From the IMG/VR virus record IMGVR_UViG_3300030361_000024: DNA of 64,000 nucleotides; one strand, written 5' to 3'. Each line of letters opens with the position of its first letter. The first letter of the stretch is position 1. The stretch is from a virus. The notes under the pieces are model-generated. The model did not search any database. It was not told the DNA's origin and saw nothing but the letters and a program-made list of their open reading frames with translations. Below, piece by piece: positions 33,371-43,061 of this stretch. The position numbers and the translations under genes are program-made.

Positions 33371-36310
33371 TTAGCTCCTAGTTAGGCAGACTGCCGCAGC
33401 CTCTGCAACTTCACGGTAAGCCCGCGCCTTTTCGTCAATCTGGTTCAGCTCGTCCAGTAATACCCTTGACTCTTCAGAAATACCGCTGGAAACATCTTTT
33501 GAAAAAGTTATTTCTGTAATCTTATTTCCAGCGTGCATACCTCTATATCCCTCATATCCTTGCGGAATATCAGTAGCTGGCTTCCAAAGTTCAAGGGGGT
33601 ACAAGCCTTCTCTTGGCTCATCGAAAACAGGAACATCTGTTCCGGATGGAGACCTTCCCCATTTACCAGATACGTCATTAAATGTCAGGAGACTAGCTTT
33701 CCCATTCTTGATAATAACCCTTGCCCCTTTTGCCCCAAGACCCTGTAAGCCTGCGGCGCTCAAGACCGCCGCATTTTCCTCAACATAAACTGTCTTTGAG
33801 CTTCTTTTTTTCTCACCAAAATCACCCTCATGACCGGCATCTTGCCTTGCAGCCTTGTCTCTCTGAGTGGTTCCGTCTCCAAACAATTTATATTTAGACC
33901 CTTTTGCTGTAGTGTATGTTGCTGCAATTTTATTTTTACCAACCGTAATGTCATTCTCAATCTGGTCAACGATCCTTTGAAGATAGTCGATATCCTCGCG
34001 CGCGCTAGCCTGAAGATCCGCATTGCCCCTACTTATTTCAGCCGCCCTTTGTGCCGCGCCAACGTCCGCGTATGGGTCTGAGGCAACGTCAGCAGATCTT
34101 GCAGCCAACTCTGATGCAACTTGCTTTTGCGCCGCAGGACCAGTTAGAGCCTCGCTAATAGGATCACTTGGGCTTGATAGTATCGATTCTTTCCTGGTGT
34201 CAATGCCACGTGGTATTTCAACCAGATCAGGATTCCTCTCAATCGAGCGAATATCAGCATCTGACATGTTGTGCGCGATAAGATATCTATTTTCACCAAT
34301 CTTAACTACTTTAGAACCAGTAGGGGCAGATGTTTTTTCTTTAACGAAATCGTCCCTTGCTGGCGCGAAACTATCAACAATTGCCTCGACGTCACCGCCT
34401 TTTTCTTGAAGTTCTTCGAGAGCAATTTTAAAGTCCTCATCAGACAAGAATTCGATTTGATTTCTCTCAATGTATCCCCTTAGATCTTTTTCAATTTCAA
34501 TATTAGAAAGGTTTCCGTGAACAAACTCGTATTCATCAGGGTCTATAAACAGCCTATCTTTGCGTTTGAAGTCTGCCAGATAACCACTTTTGGGCTCCAA
34601 GTCCACGTTATACAAAAGGTTTTCTGCGTCTCTTATGATCGCACTTACTTTTTCTCGACTATTTAACCAATTACTATCGCCCTCAACATCCCTCTTAATC
34701 AGGTCGATGAAGCCATCTGGATCTAAATAGAATTCTGACCTAGACGTACCTGTGGCTTCTATGATTCCCGGAAACTCTTTTTCAAACTCGTTGGCGACAA
34801 GGTTGTCAAAGTCTTTTCTTCCACGCCTAGAAAAGAGGCCCGGCGCTGACCTTGGGGTAATTCCTTTAGATCGCAGCTCATCTGCCGCCCTACCTTCTGG
34901 GTGGACCTGCAATGTCGCCCCGTCAACTTCAGGGCTCCTCCTAATAAATTCAACAAGCGGCTTCACAAAACGTGAATCGTCTTTTTGAGCCTGCTCTAAG
35001 CTATCTAAAATTGCGGCGCTTAGATCAATTCCTTCACTCTCTACGCCTGTTAGCCTTGAAGAATTTACAAAATCATCCGCCCTGCCAAGCTCCGAGAACT
35101 CAACTGGCTTTCCTGACGGCGTCCTAATGAAGTCGCCATCAGATGTAATCCTTACTGCAAATCCATCACGAATATGAACAACAGTTCCGCCGTTTTTATT
35201 CGCAAAATCATTAGCTTTTTGCTGTGAGTCAAACGCTAGTGGGGTTCCACTATCATCTCCTGCGAGATATGACGGTCTAGAGATGTATCCCACCCTATCT
35301 TGAACTGGCTCCTGGAATTCGACTCCAGAGGACCGGAATATAGGCGCTTGACTGCGCACATCGCGACCATCAAAAAATCTTGTTACATCAACAGACTGAT
35401 CTGTGGCGAATTGCCTGAATGAAATTTCAGCGGCGTCTTTTTCTAGCTTTGGGTCAAGTCGCGCTCTTTGCGCCCTGCGACCGAGAACTCCAGCCACCGC
35501 GCCAACGCCGCCACCGAACAACAGGCCAAATCCAACATTGGTAAGGGCATCGGCCATTGTGTAATCAAGCTGCTGCTGCTTGGATAGCCCGTAGTAGATA
35601 GGCTCCACAAGCGCTTGCCCTACAGCGCCTTCTGTTGCACCGATAGCAACCCTGCCACCTACCTGACCCAATCGGGATACAGCCCGCGCCTTCAATGCTG
35701 GACCGGCAACAGGAATGAATGTGGTTGCGACCTCAAGAGGGTCTGTTGCCATAGCCGCAAGTCCCGCGCCGAACTTCAGAAGACCCGCGCCAAGTCCTTG
35801 CGGGCTTTTCTCAATCAGAGCATTTCTGATAATTTCCGCACGTTTGTTGTCTGCAAGAATGCGAGCCTGTTCATTCGTCATTGGACGATCAAACGTCAGG
35901 CCAAGCTCCCCGTATTCCTCAGTTAGCGCTTCAGGTGGTTGCAGCCTGCCTTGCTCAATCGCATCTTGTGTGAGCGCGTTGATTTGTGTTTGCTTTTCAC
36001 TTTGCAGCGCTTGGATCTCAGCCAGTGCGTCATCGCGCTCCTGGCCGTCTTGCAGAAATTCAACATTTGCTTCAAGCGCACGAATGCGACGTTGCCGCTC
36101 AAATTCAGCTTCCCTGACGCGGTTCTTTTCTTCCTCAGTGAATGCGTCAGTAGTATTGCCAAGCTCCCAGCTTTTAGCCGCAAGCTCGCCCATGGTTGGG
36201 GTTTCATAGACTGCCCGCAGACCTGTGCCTAGTGAGACAGTAAGGTCTGGGCCACTGACTTCACGCAAAAGCCGGTGATTTGCAAGTGGCCTGTTTAGTG
36301 GTTCTGCCAT
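33371..36310 (-). CDS. internal virion / ejection protein candidate (979 aa)
   Basis: It has a Gly-zipper hydrophobic segment (GFGLLFGGGVGAVAGVLG). Its position is analogous to podovirus core proteins. Confidence 0.65.
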   Translation of the reverse strand: MAEPLNRPLANHRLLREVSGPDLTVSLGTGLRAVYETPTMGELAAKSWELGNTTDAFTEEEKNRVREAEFERQRRIRALEANVEFLQDGQERDDALAEIQALQSEKQTQINALTQDAIEQGRLQPPEALTEEYGELGLTFDRPMTNEQARILADNKRAEIIRNALIEKSPQGLGAGLLKFGAGLAAMATDPLEVATTFIPVAGPALKARAVSRLGQVGGRVAIGATEGAVGQALVEPIYYGLSKQQQLDYTMADALTNVGFGLLFGGGVGAVAGVLGRRAQRARLDPKLEKDAAEISFRQFATDQSVDVTRFFDGRDVRSQAPIFRSSGVEFQEPVQDRVGYISRPSYLAGDDSGTPLAFDSQQKANDFANKNGGTVVHIRDGFAVRITSDGDFIRTPSGKPVEFSELGRADDFVNSSRLTGVESEGIDLSAAILDSLEQAQKDDSRFVKPLVEFIRRSPEVDGATLQVHPEGRAADELRSKGITPRSAPGLFSRRGRKDFDNLVANEFEKEFPGIIEATGTSRSEFYLDPDGFIDLIKRDVEGDSNWLNSREKVSAIIRDAENLLYNVDLEPKSGYLADFKRKDRLFIDPDEYEFVHGNLSNIEIEKDLRGYIERNQIEFLSDEDFKIALEELQEKGGDVEAIVDSFAPARDDFVKEKTSAPTGSKVVKIGENRYLIAHNMSDADIRSIERNPDLVEIPRGIDTRKESILSSPSDPISEALTGPAAQKQVASELAARSADVASDPYADVGAAQRAAEISRGNADLQASAREDIDYLQRIVDQIENDITVGKNKIAATYTTAKGSKYKLFGDGTTQRDKAARQDAGHEGDFGEKKRSSKTVYVEENAAVLSAAGLQGLGAKGARVIIKNGKASLLTFNDVSGKWGRSPSGTDVPVFDEPREGLYPLELWKPATDIPQGYEGYRGMHAGNKITEITFSKDVSSGISEESRVLLDELNQIDEKARAYREVAEAAAVCLTRS

Positions 36311-36313
36311 GTA

Positions 36314-39300
36314 TTATCCCCCAAATAGGCCGCTAAAGAATCCACCTGATGTGGCTGGTCGCGTTGCGGCCCGCGAATCCCTGACAGCCCCGCCGCCGTA
36401 TTGCTCAAATGCTGCTGGCGCTTCAGTGCGAACATCGGTGATGTCGCCAAACAAGACCTCGTATTCATCGCCGTCTTTGTTTGTGACAGGCAAGAAAAAG
36501 CCACCAACTTCAATATTGAGAACAGCACCGTCACCAGTTGAATTATTTAACCAGATACCATCTTTTGCAGCCTGGATAAACACTTCAAGGTCTGCAAATT
36601 CAGGAAGTCTTGGATCATCCAGAGGAGCAGGGTCAAAGTCTCGCAAGGCTTGCTCTGCTGTTGCCGCTTCTAAGCCAAGTGACACTTGCGTTTCCGTGAA
36701 CTCATTGGGAACAATCACCTTTACATTCGGCTCATCAACCACGACTTCGGGGAAGATCTGTTCAAACGCACGTGCTGATGCGGCGCTAGCGTCCTCGCCA
36801 CGTCGAATGTATGTCATGGCTAGGCGTTGTGCGACATCAAAATTCCTGTTGAAAGTCTGAGCGGCCTGACCTGACAAGTCGCCAATCTCGAACACTTGGC
36901 GGTATTCCTGCGCTTCATCAAAGATTGCCTCATTCATCTCTGTATAGGAGATAGTCGGAACAGACTTCTTGAGGTCAGAAAGCTTTTCCCCGCGCAGTCC
37001 AAGGATCTCGGTCGCTAGGGCTGGATTGTCAGCATGGCGCAGTGCCACGGTGTATTCTGGGTCAAGGCCCGCTCGCTCAAGGTCTTGGATTACTTGCCCA
37101 CGACGATTACCCCACGGGGCAAGCAAGGATTGAAGCTGTTGAGCCGTAACATCCTGCTCACCTTCTTCAAGTGATCCAACAATCTGTGTCGCAACGCCAG
37201 CGGGCAACACTTTGCGCAACGGGCCACGAACTCCGATACTGTCATAGATCTCATTCTGGCGCTGAGTATATGCGCTTGCAGCCGCAATAGCCTCTTGCGG
37301 GCTTATCGCCCCAGCCACGCGGGAATACAACCCCTCAAGATCTTGGTTGGTCCTCTGGATGTATCCAGCCGCATCTTCGCGCAGCGCTTCATTGCGAGCG
37401 TTCACGGCCCCTACATAGTTCGCATATTTCTGCTGATCCCTGACGGTATTGCCGGGACGCTGCACAGCCTCTGCTAGTTGAGTGACCGTAGATTCAATCT
37501 CATCTGGCGTTTGCGTCCGAACCCTATTGGTTAGCTCTGCATCCTCTAGCGCCTGTCGGAACTGGCGTTGGAGTTGCTCGCCTGCCTTTTGATCTGTTTG
37601 ATACAGGTCTGCAATCTGACGCTCAATCTCTGTCTGATTTTCCAGTCCCTCGCCAGTAGCAGCATAGAACGCAACCGTCTCTGTGATGTTCTCAGCCAGA
37701 ATGCCACGGTCAATCGCAACTTGCTCTTTGTACTTACGCTCTCCCTCTTTCAGGAGGGTCTGACGGGTGTCATAGTCCAGCACATCATAGCGCGCATCAG
37801 TTGGGCCTTGACGGGCGAATGTAACGCCACGGCTTGCAAGACCTTGGTTGATGCCCTCAGAGAACCACTTCCCGCCCTCAGTGTATGGCTGGTTTTTATT
37901 ATACCACAGAGCCAGACCGCCGGGGCCTTTGCCTCCCTTACTGCGGAAGTCAACGTGAATGGTGCCGTTGTCATAGTGTCCGACACCCCGCGCGCCCGAT
38001 GCAACGAACAGGGAGATAAGCTGCTCTTTCTCAGCGTCATTGTAGCCAGACACATCAATATCAAATGCATCGCCGTGAGTGTGGCGGCTATCGGTCGAGA
38101 AGCTTGTTTTGTTATTGTGGTCCTGACTGCGGAAGCCACTGGTGATCCTCAGTGCGCCCTTGCCAAATGCAGCGGTCACATCATCCAGCACGTTAACTGC
38201 AGCTTGGTCAACCTTCGCATCCTGAAAGCGGTCATTGCGGAAGTCAGCCCAATTGTAGAACTGAGATTCCATATCTTGCGGGCCAACCATCGCCTCGCCA
38301 AACTTGTACTGGTTGACAGCGGTTGTGCCAGAAATCCCGCCAAGGATATTGCGCACATATGGCTCAGTCTCGGAACGCTTAGGCAAGACAGAATAATCGC
38401 GTCCAGCTTCAAGCCATTTTTTAGCATTGGCTGGGCCTGCATTATACGCAATCAGAGCGGCCTCAATATCTCCATCAAACGCATCGAGTTGCTTATTCAT
38501 GTAGTATTGGCCGTACTGGCGACCAATCTCAGGATCTTGCAGATAGGCTTGCTGTTCGGAGATTGACCCGTTTGTCGGATAGTTCGCGTCTCCGATCTCT
38601 TTAGCAATGTCAGCACCAGTGGCAGGTATGACTTGCATAATTCCTGCTGCGCCCTTGGGGGAAATAGCCAACGGATTGCCCCCGCTCTCTTGCTTTTCCA
38701 TAGCAGAGAACAGAGTGCCACGTTGTGCATCAATGCGCTGTTGCTCTGTACCGCCACCAAGGGCAAGCACAGCATTCAGCGGGTTATTGTTAAACTCATT
38801 CCGCCACAGGGCCGCCGCTGCATCCTTACGCCATCCGCGTTCAAGCTGACGTTTCTCTTGACGGGACAAGCCAGATTCAGCAATCAAGGAACGTCCAGTT
38901 GCCAGTGCCTCATCAAAGGATATATCCCCGTCAATGATCCGGGTGCGCAGGTTCTCCGCCTGAGACCCGATTTCATCGCGATAAAACGTGGTCCGGGCTT
39001 TGTACTCAACGTCGTCAGCCGCGCCAAGGAATTGGTTCTCAAACCCAATCAGCTTGGCATTGTACTGCGCCTTTTGTTCCTCTGGAAGTTCGTTAAAGAA
39101 ATTGTCCGCGTTCTGCTTGAAGGTTTTAAGCGCGTTTTCAGTCAGGCCAAATGCTCCAGGCTCTGCATCCCTACTGGCTTGGGTCAGTTGGCGAAGCTGC
39201 TCACCTTTGAAGCGCTCAAAGTCAGCCGCTGTCTTGAACTTCTTGGCCTCATCTTCTTCTTGCTTGATCTGGGCAGAAATACGTTCCGCCCCCTGACTAA

Positions 39301-39418
39301 TGGAAGCAAGACCACGTGCGATAGGCGATGCGTCAACCACGCCGCCACGGAACTGAGAGCCGGGGCTTGCTGGTGCAGGCTGGCGAATTGTTTCTTGTGC
39401 TGTAGGAATTCGAGCCAT
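36314..39418 (-). CDS. internal virion protein with lytic transglycosylase (SLT) and peptidase M15 domains (1034 aa)
   Basis: SLT motifs are EKQESGGNP, GIMQV and AYNAGPANAKKW (aa ~232-345, nt 38384-38725). M15 motifs are SGFRS, SRHTHGDAFDID and GTIHVDF (aa ~398-492, nt 37943-38227). Confidence 0.85.
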   Translation of the reverse strand: MARIPTAQETIRQPAPASPGSQFRGGVVDASPIARGLASISQGAERISAQIKQEEDEAKKFKTAADFERFKGEQLRQLTQASRDAEPGAFGLTENALKTFKQNADNFFNELPEEQKAQYNAKLIGFENQFLGAADDVEYKARTTFYRDEIGSQAENLRTRIIDGDISFDEALATGRSLIAESGLSRQEKRQLERGWRKDAAAALWRNEFNNNPLNAVLALGGGTEQQRIDAQRGTLFSAMEKQESGGNPLAISPKGAAGIMQVIPATGADIAKEIGDANYPTNGSISEQQAYLQDPEIGRQYGQYYMNKQLDAFDGDIEAALIAYNAGPANAKKWLEAGRDYSVLPKRSETEPYVRNILGGISGTTAVNQYKFGEAMVGPQDMESQFYNWADFRNDRFQDAKVDQAAVNVLDDVTAAFGKGALRITSGFRSQDHNNKTSFSTDSRHTHGDAFDIDVSGYNDAEKEQLISLFVASGARGVGHYDNGTIHVDFRSKGGKGPGGLALWYNKNQPYTEGGKWFSEGINQGLASRGVTFARQGPTDARYDVLDYDTRQTLLKEGERKYKEQVAIDRGILAENITETVAFYAATGEGLENQTEIERQIADLYQTDQKAGEQLQRQFRQALEDAELTNRVRTQTPDEIESTVTQLAEAVQRPGNTVRDQQKYANYVGAVNARNEALREDAAGYIQRTNQDLEGLYSRVAGAISPQEAIAAASAYTQRQNEIYDSIGVRGPLRKVLPAGVATQIVGSLEEGEQDVTAQQLQSLLAPWGNRRGQVIQDLERAGLDPEYTVALRHADNPALATEILGLRGEKLSDLKKSVPTISYTEMNEAIFDEAQEYRQVFEIGDLSGQAAQTFNRNFDVAQRLAMTYIRRGEDASAASARAFEQIFPEVVVDEPNVKVIVPNEFTETQVSLGLEAATAEQALRDFDPAPLDDPRLPEFADLEVFIQAAKDGIWLNNSTGDGAVLNIEVGGFFLPVTNKDGDEYEVLFGDITDVRTEAPAAFEQYGGGAVRDSRAATRPATSGGFFSGLFGG

Positions 39419-39422
39419 CTAG

Positions 39423-39920
39423 TTAGCCTCCATACCTGTAAGGGCCGCTAGGCGCTGTTGCCCCGCCACCGCCACTTCCTCCAAATCTCTGAAATGCAGA
39501 CTTAGCGCCTGCACTGCCCGCGATCTCTCCGATACCACCAAGTAAAGACCCAAACGCACTAACCTTGCCCTGCTTTCTAGCCACTTGGCCTCTATACCTT
39601 GCGCCCTGCGCTGCTCCACGCCCAGCCGACAACTCAGTAGCCGCCGCTCGCTCTGTCTCTGCTGCGGTTTCACCGAACAACCTTACAACAGATGGGTCTG
39701 CCGCGCCACCTTGCGCCGCCGCAATAGCCCTTTGTCGGGACTCCAGAAGCGCCCCCTCTTTACGTCGCTCAAGCGCCCTGCGCTGGGACTGTGCCTCAAT
39801 TTCACGGGCCTCAGCTTCAGCCTGTTGCTGCTGTGCCTTGCCAGCACTTAGAGCGCCTGCGGTGCTAACCACCGTACTTGCGAGCGCCGATCCCAGAGCA
39901 ATAGCCTCTAGACCTGTCAT
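39423..39920 (-). CDS. small internal virion protein candidate (165 aa)
   Basis: Ala/Gly/Gln-rich with an N-terminal hydrophobic stretch, immediately upstream of the SLT protein (a gp14-like position). Confidence 0.55.
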   Translation of the reverse strand: MTGLEAIALGSALASTVVSTAGALSAGKAQQQQAEAEAREIEAQSQRRALERRKEGALLESRQRAIAAAQGGAADPSVVRLFGETAAETERAAATELSAGRGAAQGARYRGQVARKQGKVSAFGSLLGGIGEIAGSAGAKSAFQRFGGSGGGGATAPSGPYRYGG

Positions 39921-40309
39921 TGTTTTTCTCCGTGTTTTTCTGCTCGCCAGATCCAGACCTGCCGCCCTGCTTCTTCCCTGTCCGTTGGCTTGAACCCAAG
40001 ACGGGACAGGAACTCACTTGCACGTGGAATGCGTTTGTCGCAGCTTGTCACCACTTCATCACATCCGCGAGATTTCATCTCATTGATTAGCCGAAAGGCG
40101 TATTTGTAAACAGAGGGTTTACGTGCCCATTTGCGCAGATCCAGAAACGCGACAACTTCACCAGCCTCATTTGCATAAACGCCGCCCATGCCAACAATCT
40201 GATTGCCAATCTTTGCAACCAGCCCCTCCCAAGGGTTTTGCAGGCGAGCGCCGTAGAACTGGAACATGTCCCGATCTGTTGCTTCTGATACAGTGAAGTG
40301 CTGCCCCAT
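39917..40309 (-). CDS. GNAT-family N-acetyltransferase-like protein (130 aa)
   Basis: The pattern IVGMGGVYANEAGEVVAFLDL...RGCDEVVTSCDKRIPRASEFLSRLGFKP resembles the GNAT core and its C-terminal LGF motif. It has 4-nt and 1-nt overlaps with structural genes. Confidence 0.55.
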   Translation of the reverse strand: MGQHFTVSEATDRDMFQFYGARLQNPWEGLVAKIGNQIVGMGGVYANEAGEVVAFLDLRKWARKPSVYKYAFRLINEMKSRGCDEVVTSCDKRIPRASEFLSRLGFKPTDREEAGRQVWIWRAEKHGEKQ

Positions 40310-40986
40310 TAGATCCGGCCCTGACGTGTGCTAATAGATCCGCCAAGAGCTGTCCGTTGACGATTCTGACGGACGCCAAACCCACGCTGTGCCCGGTTCC
40401 AACTGCCGCTGCGAACCCGTGCCTCTTTCTCATCACGCGCATCACGGCTCTTAGCCTTGGCTAGGCGCATCCGGGCTTCTCTCTCAATCTTATCCCTGTC
40501 AGTGGATGACTGGTTGAGCCGCTGGACAATATCCAAAGCAAGCGCTGCGCTGATGTATCGGGCGAACAGGTGCGACCATGCTGCAATCCCCGCCTCTTCC
40601 GCAAAGTCAGTGGAGATGTATTCGAGATAGAGCGTATCAGTGTCAGAGTGCAGAAGACCTGCGCTGTCCTTAAACAGATCCTCAAACTCATAGACATAAG
40701 CGTCCCGGATATCAGGATACTCAGACGCCGCAATAGTAGCGATCCAGTCGTCAGGCTTTTGGAATGCGAACTGATACCCAATGGCGGGTGTTGCTGCAGG
40801 GTCAGCGTTGATTTGAACGGTCTTGATTGCAAAGTTCCACGGCGTCAATGAAAGCGCATCCAACACCACATCGGTGAAGGATTCATTCAAAGCCTGTACT
40901 TGCGGAATGTTGTCAGTGAGGGCTGCAATTGGCTGTGATCCAATGAGCCTCAAAGCGTCGTTATATACTGAAAGGCGAGTTGCCAT
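40309..40986 (-). CDS. head-tail adaptor / tail tubular protein A-like (225 aa)
   Basis: The N-terminus MATRLSVYNDALRLIGSQPI resembles gp11-type adaptors. It heads the operon that follows the head genes. Confidence 0.45.
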   Translation of the reverse strand: MATRLSVYNDALRLIGSQPIAALTDNIPQVQALNESFTDVVLDALSLTPWNFAIKTVQINADPAATPAIGYQFAFQKPDDWIATIAASEYPDIRDAYVYEFEDLFKDSAGLLHSDTDTLYLEYISTDFAEEAGIAAWSHLFARYISAALALDIVQRLNQSSTDRDKIEREARMRLAKAKSRDARDEKEARVRSGSWNRAQRGFGVRQNRQRTALGGSISTRQGRI

Positions 40987-41031
40987 GCGTGAACCTCGGA
41001 CGTTTGTTTCCAGTAGTATACACGCAATCAG

Positions 41032-41043
41032 TTAACATGTTAA
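41032..41043. promoter_or_regulatory. late-region palindrome copy (TTAACATGTTAA); possible -35 of a TTAACA-N17-TATACT promoter
   Basis: Perfect palindrome. The minus strand reads TTAACATGTTAACTGATTGCGTGTATACT, 45 nt upstream of ATG 40986, immediately after the hairpin at 41044-41071. Confidence 0.45.
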
Positions 41044-41093
41044 GCGGAAAGGATACAGACACCCTTCCCGCTCATCTCATTGGTCTGCGCTGC

Positions 41094-41579
41094 TTAGAGT
41101 GCTAGTTCTTTGGCGCGTTCTTCAGCCATAGCTTTGGACGTAAAGCCGTATTCCATGACTTCTTTCGACGCCTTATTGACAACGCGCCACTTGTGAGCGC
41201 CACCCCAAGTCACTTCAAGACCTTCGGGAAGCCCATCCTCGCCAATCTCATTGGTCGGGCCGCTGCCTTCTTCCAGCTCATCAAAGTACTCATCAGCATC
41301 CGGCGCAGCATACACGTTTAGAATCCGAATGTGAGCTTGGAAATTGTCAAATGCCAAGACGCGCAGGCGAACATCAAGTTCTTTACAGTCCGACAGAATG
41401 CTAAGTTCCATGCCTTCGCGAAAAGAGTTGAGATAGTTCGCGAAATACTGGGGATGCATGATTTCTTTGAGGGTGGTTCCTGCTTCCGGCCACAGCGCCA
41501 TGCGGGCAATCTTGTAATCTGCTGGTTCGGAGCGTCCGCCGCCAAGTTTGCGGATATGCTTTTTGGCTTGTTCGGTCAT
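41094..41579 (-). CDS. hypothetical head-module protein (161 aa)
   Basis: Clean ORF with an RBS, downstream of the capsid terminator. Confidence 0.6.
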   Translation of the reverse strand: MTEQAKKHIRKLGGGRSEPADYKIARMALWPEAGTTLKEIMHPQYFANYLNSFREGMELSILSDCKELDVRLRVLAFDNFQAHIRILNVYAAPDADEYFDELEEGSGPTNEIGEDGLPEGLEVTWGGAHKWRVVNKASKEVMEYGFTSKAMAEERAKELAL

Positions 41580-41597
41580 TTCTTCGGTTCCCTAAAC

Positions 41598-41635
41598 TAA
41601 ATAAAGGTGGGCAAAGCGGGAGCCGAAGCCCCCGC
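41598..41635 (-). terminator. intrinsic terminator or attenuator after the capsid genes
   Basis: The minus strand reads GCGGGGGC-TTCG-GCTCCCGC (8 bp including one G-U, with a UUCG loop) followed by TTTGCCCACCTTTATTT. Confidence 0.55.
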
Positions 41636-41643
41636 CAAGTATC

Positions 41644-41955
41644 TTAGTCAGTGTCAGTGACGCTGATTGCAGTGCCGTCAGTCAGGTCTGCAGAGCCGTC
41701 GGCGGCGATAGAAGCAACCACCATCAACTGTGCAGCCAGAACCGGGCCGGTGCGGGTATACTGGTCAGTGAACGAGGTCCACTGGCGCAGGGTCACGAGG
41801 TCGCCCACGCGCATACCCTTTTCATCTGCATCGGTGATGTAACCAGCAACGCGAGCGGTTGCCGGAGCATCTTCACCGTCAAGCAGCCAGTGCTGCCAGT
41901 TTTGGCCGCTAAAGCCGCTCTCGATTACCGAAAGACCGTTTGGAATATAAACCAT
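41644..41955 (-). CDS. hypothetical capsid-associated protein (103 aa)
   Basis: Immediately downstream of the major capsid gene and upstream of the terminator. Confidence 0.6.
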   Translation of the reverse strand: MVYIPNGLSVIESGFSGQNWQHWLLDGEDAPATARVAGYITDADEKGMRVGDLVTLRQWTSFTDQYTRTGPVLAAQLMVVASIAADGSADLTDGTAISVTDTD

Positions 41956-41969
41956 AACTTACCCTTTCC

Positions 41970-42818
41970 TTACGCGATGGCCTGAGTGTCATCGTGGATG
42001 ATCTGCAGGACGCCGGGCTGCTGAAGCAGACGTGCACCCTGGAAGATCGTGTGGCGGGCATAGGAGTAGTCCTGCTCACCATCATAACCAACGTTGACGT
42101 GGATCATGTCGTTGTTGACCGCGTGACCAACTGCACCGCGAGCAAACGCATAACACTGAGCGTTGTTGCCGCCGATGTTAGGCAGGCCAGTGTGCGGCAT
42201 GTGAGTTGCGCCAGCCCAGCGAACGGGGCGTTCTTTACCAGCAACACCACCAGCCAGAGGCTTTTCATCCACGTAGTCCGCGCTAGTGAACTCATCAAAG
42301 GTCTTGATGCGCGCCCAAGCTTTCGGTGTCCACAGGATGGTAATGTCGTCCGAAGAGTAGACGTCCTGCTCGTTCAGCTCAGAGATAATGTCAACCACGT
42401 TACCGAAGGTCAGGGTGATTGCGTTACCGTTGTTGAACTGGTTGGTTGCGGTCGAGAGAGCGTCATCAATGATGATCTGGTCAATCTCACGCGCGGCGGT
42501 CAGTGCGCCAGCCTGTTGCATCGCCATACGCAGATCGGACTGCGAGGTGAAGATGTTGAAGCTGGACTGGGTTTCCAGAGAGTGGAATTCTTCCAGAGGC
42601 ACGTTGACCTGCGAGTCGGTACGCTGGCGGGACGGGATAAGGCCGTTAACGCCACGACGGACCATGCGAGGTGCAGAGCCTTGAATCGGGAAGACAGCGG
42701 TGTCGCCTTTAAAGACGAGTTCGCGGGTTACGGCGTCTTTCAGGTAGGTCTCGCCGCGCTGGAACTGCAGAACCCATTCGTCTCGGTACTGCTGTTCTAC
42801 GATCTGATAACCGGACAT
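41970..42818 (-). CDS. major capsid protein (282 aa)
   Basis: Position after the scaffold gene. A terminator-plus-motif junction lies upstream and a strong hairpin follows downstream. Composition is typical of capsid proteins. Confidence 0.7.
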   Translation of the reverse strand: MSGYQIVEQQYRDEWVLQFQRGETYLKDAVTRELVFKGDTAVFPIQGSAPRMVRRGVNGLIPSRQRTDSQVNVPLEEFHSLETQSSFNIFTSQSDLRMAMQQAGALTAAREIDQIIIDDALSTATNQFNNGNAITLTFGNVVDIISELNEQDVYSSDDITILWTPKAWARIKTFDEFTSADYVDEKPLAGGVAGKERPVRWAGATHMPHTGLPNIGGNNAQCYAFARGAVGHAVNNDMIHVNVGYDGEQDYSYARHTIFQGARLLQQPGVLQIIHDDTQAIA

Positions 42819-42952
42819 AGGTTATCCTCCATAGTGTTTGATATAACGATGTGGGGTTGGTCGCAGTTTCTCTTGGGTGGCCGCAGATGCGGGGCAAGAC
42901 AAAGCGAATGCGCGGGGCCGAAAAGACGGGGTAGCCGCGTTATGCAAATAAG

Positions 42953-42964
42953 ATAACATGTTAA
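42953..42964. promoter_or_regulatory. late-region palindrome copy (ATAACATGTTAA)
   Basis: 11 of 12 match. It shares the 15-mer CATGTTAAGTATTAC with the copy at 46592 and lies downstream (minus sense) of the terminator at 43001-43031. Confidence 0.4.
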
Positions 42965-43000
42965 GTATTACGACGCAACCCTATGGGGTGTTAAGATTTC

Positions 43001-43031
43001 ACAAAGAAAAACCCCGACACTTGGCCGGGGT
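43001..43031 (-). terminator. intrinsic terminator after the scaffold gene
   Basis: The minus strand reads ACCCCG-N9-CGGGGT followed by TTTTCTTTGT. Confidence 0.7.
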
Positions 43032-43061
43032 CTTCTTCAATGTTCAGCTATGTAAAGTGGC

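Noticed and set aside
41032-41043. TTAACATGTTAA interpreted as a CtrA box, or as a T7-type single-subunit RNAP promoter (the TAATAC in GTAATACTTAACATG).
   Set aside because: The CtrA consensus is TTAA-N7-TTAA, whereas here the half-sites are 4 nt apart. Resemblance to the T7 promoter is limited to six nucleotides in two copies, and no phage RNAP gene is present in the window.
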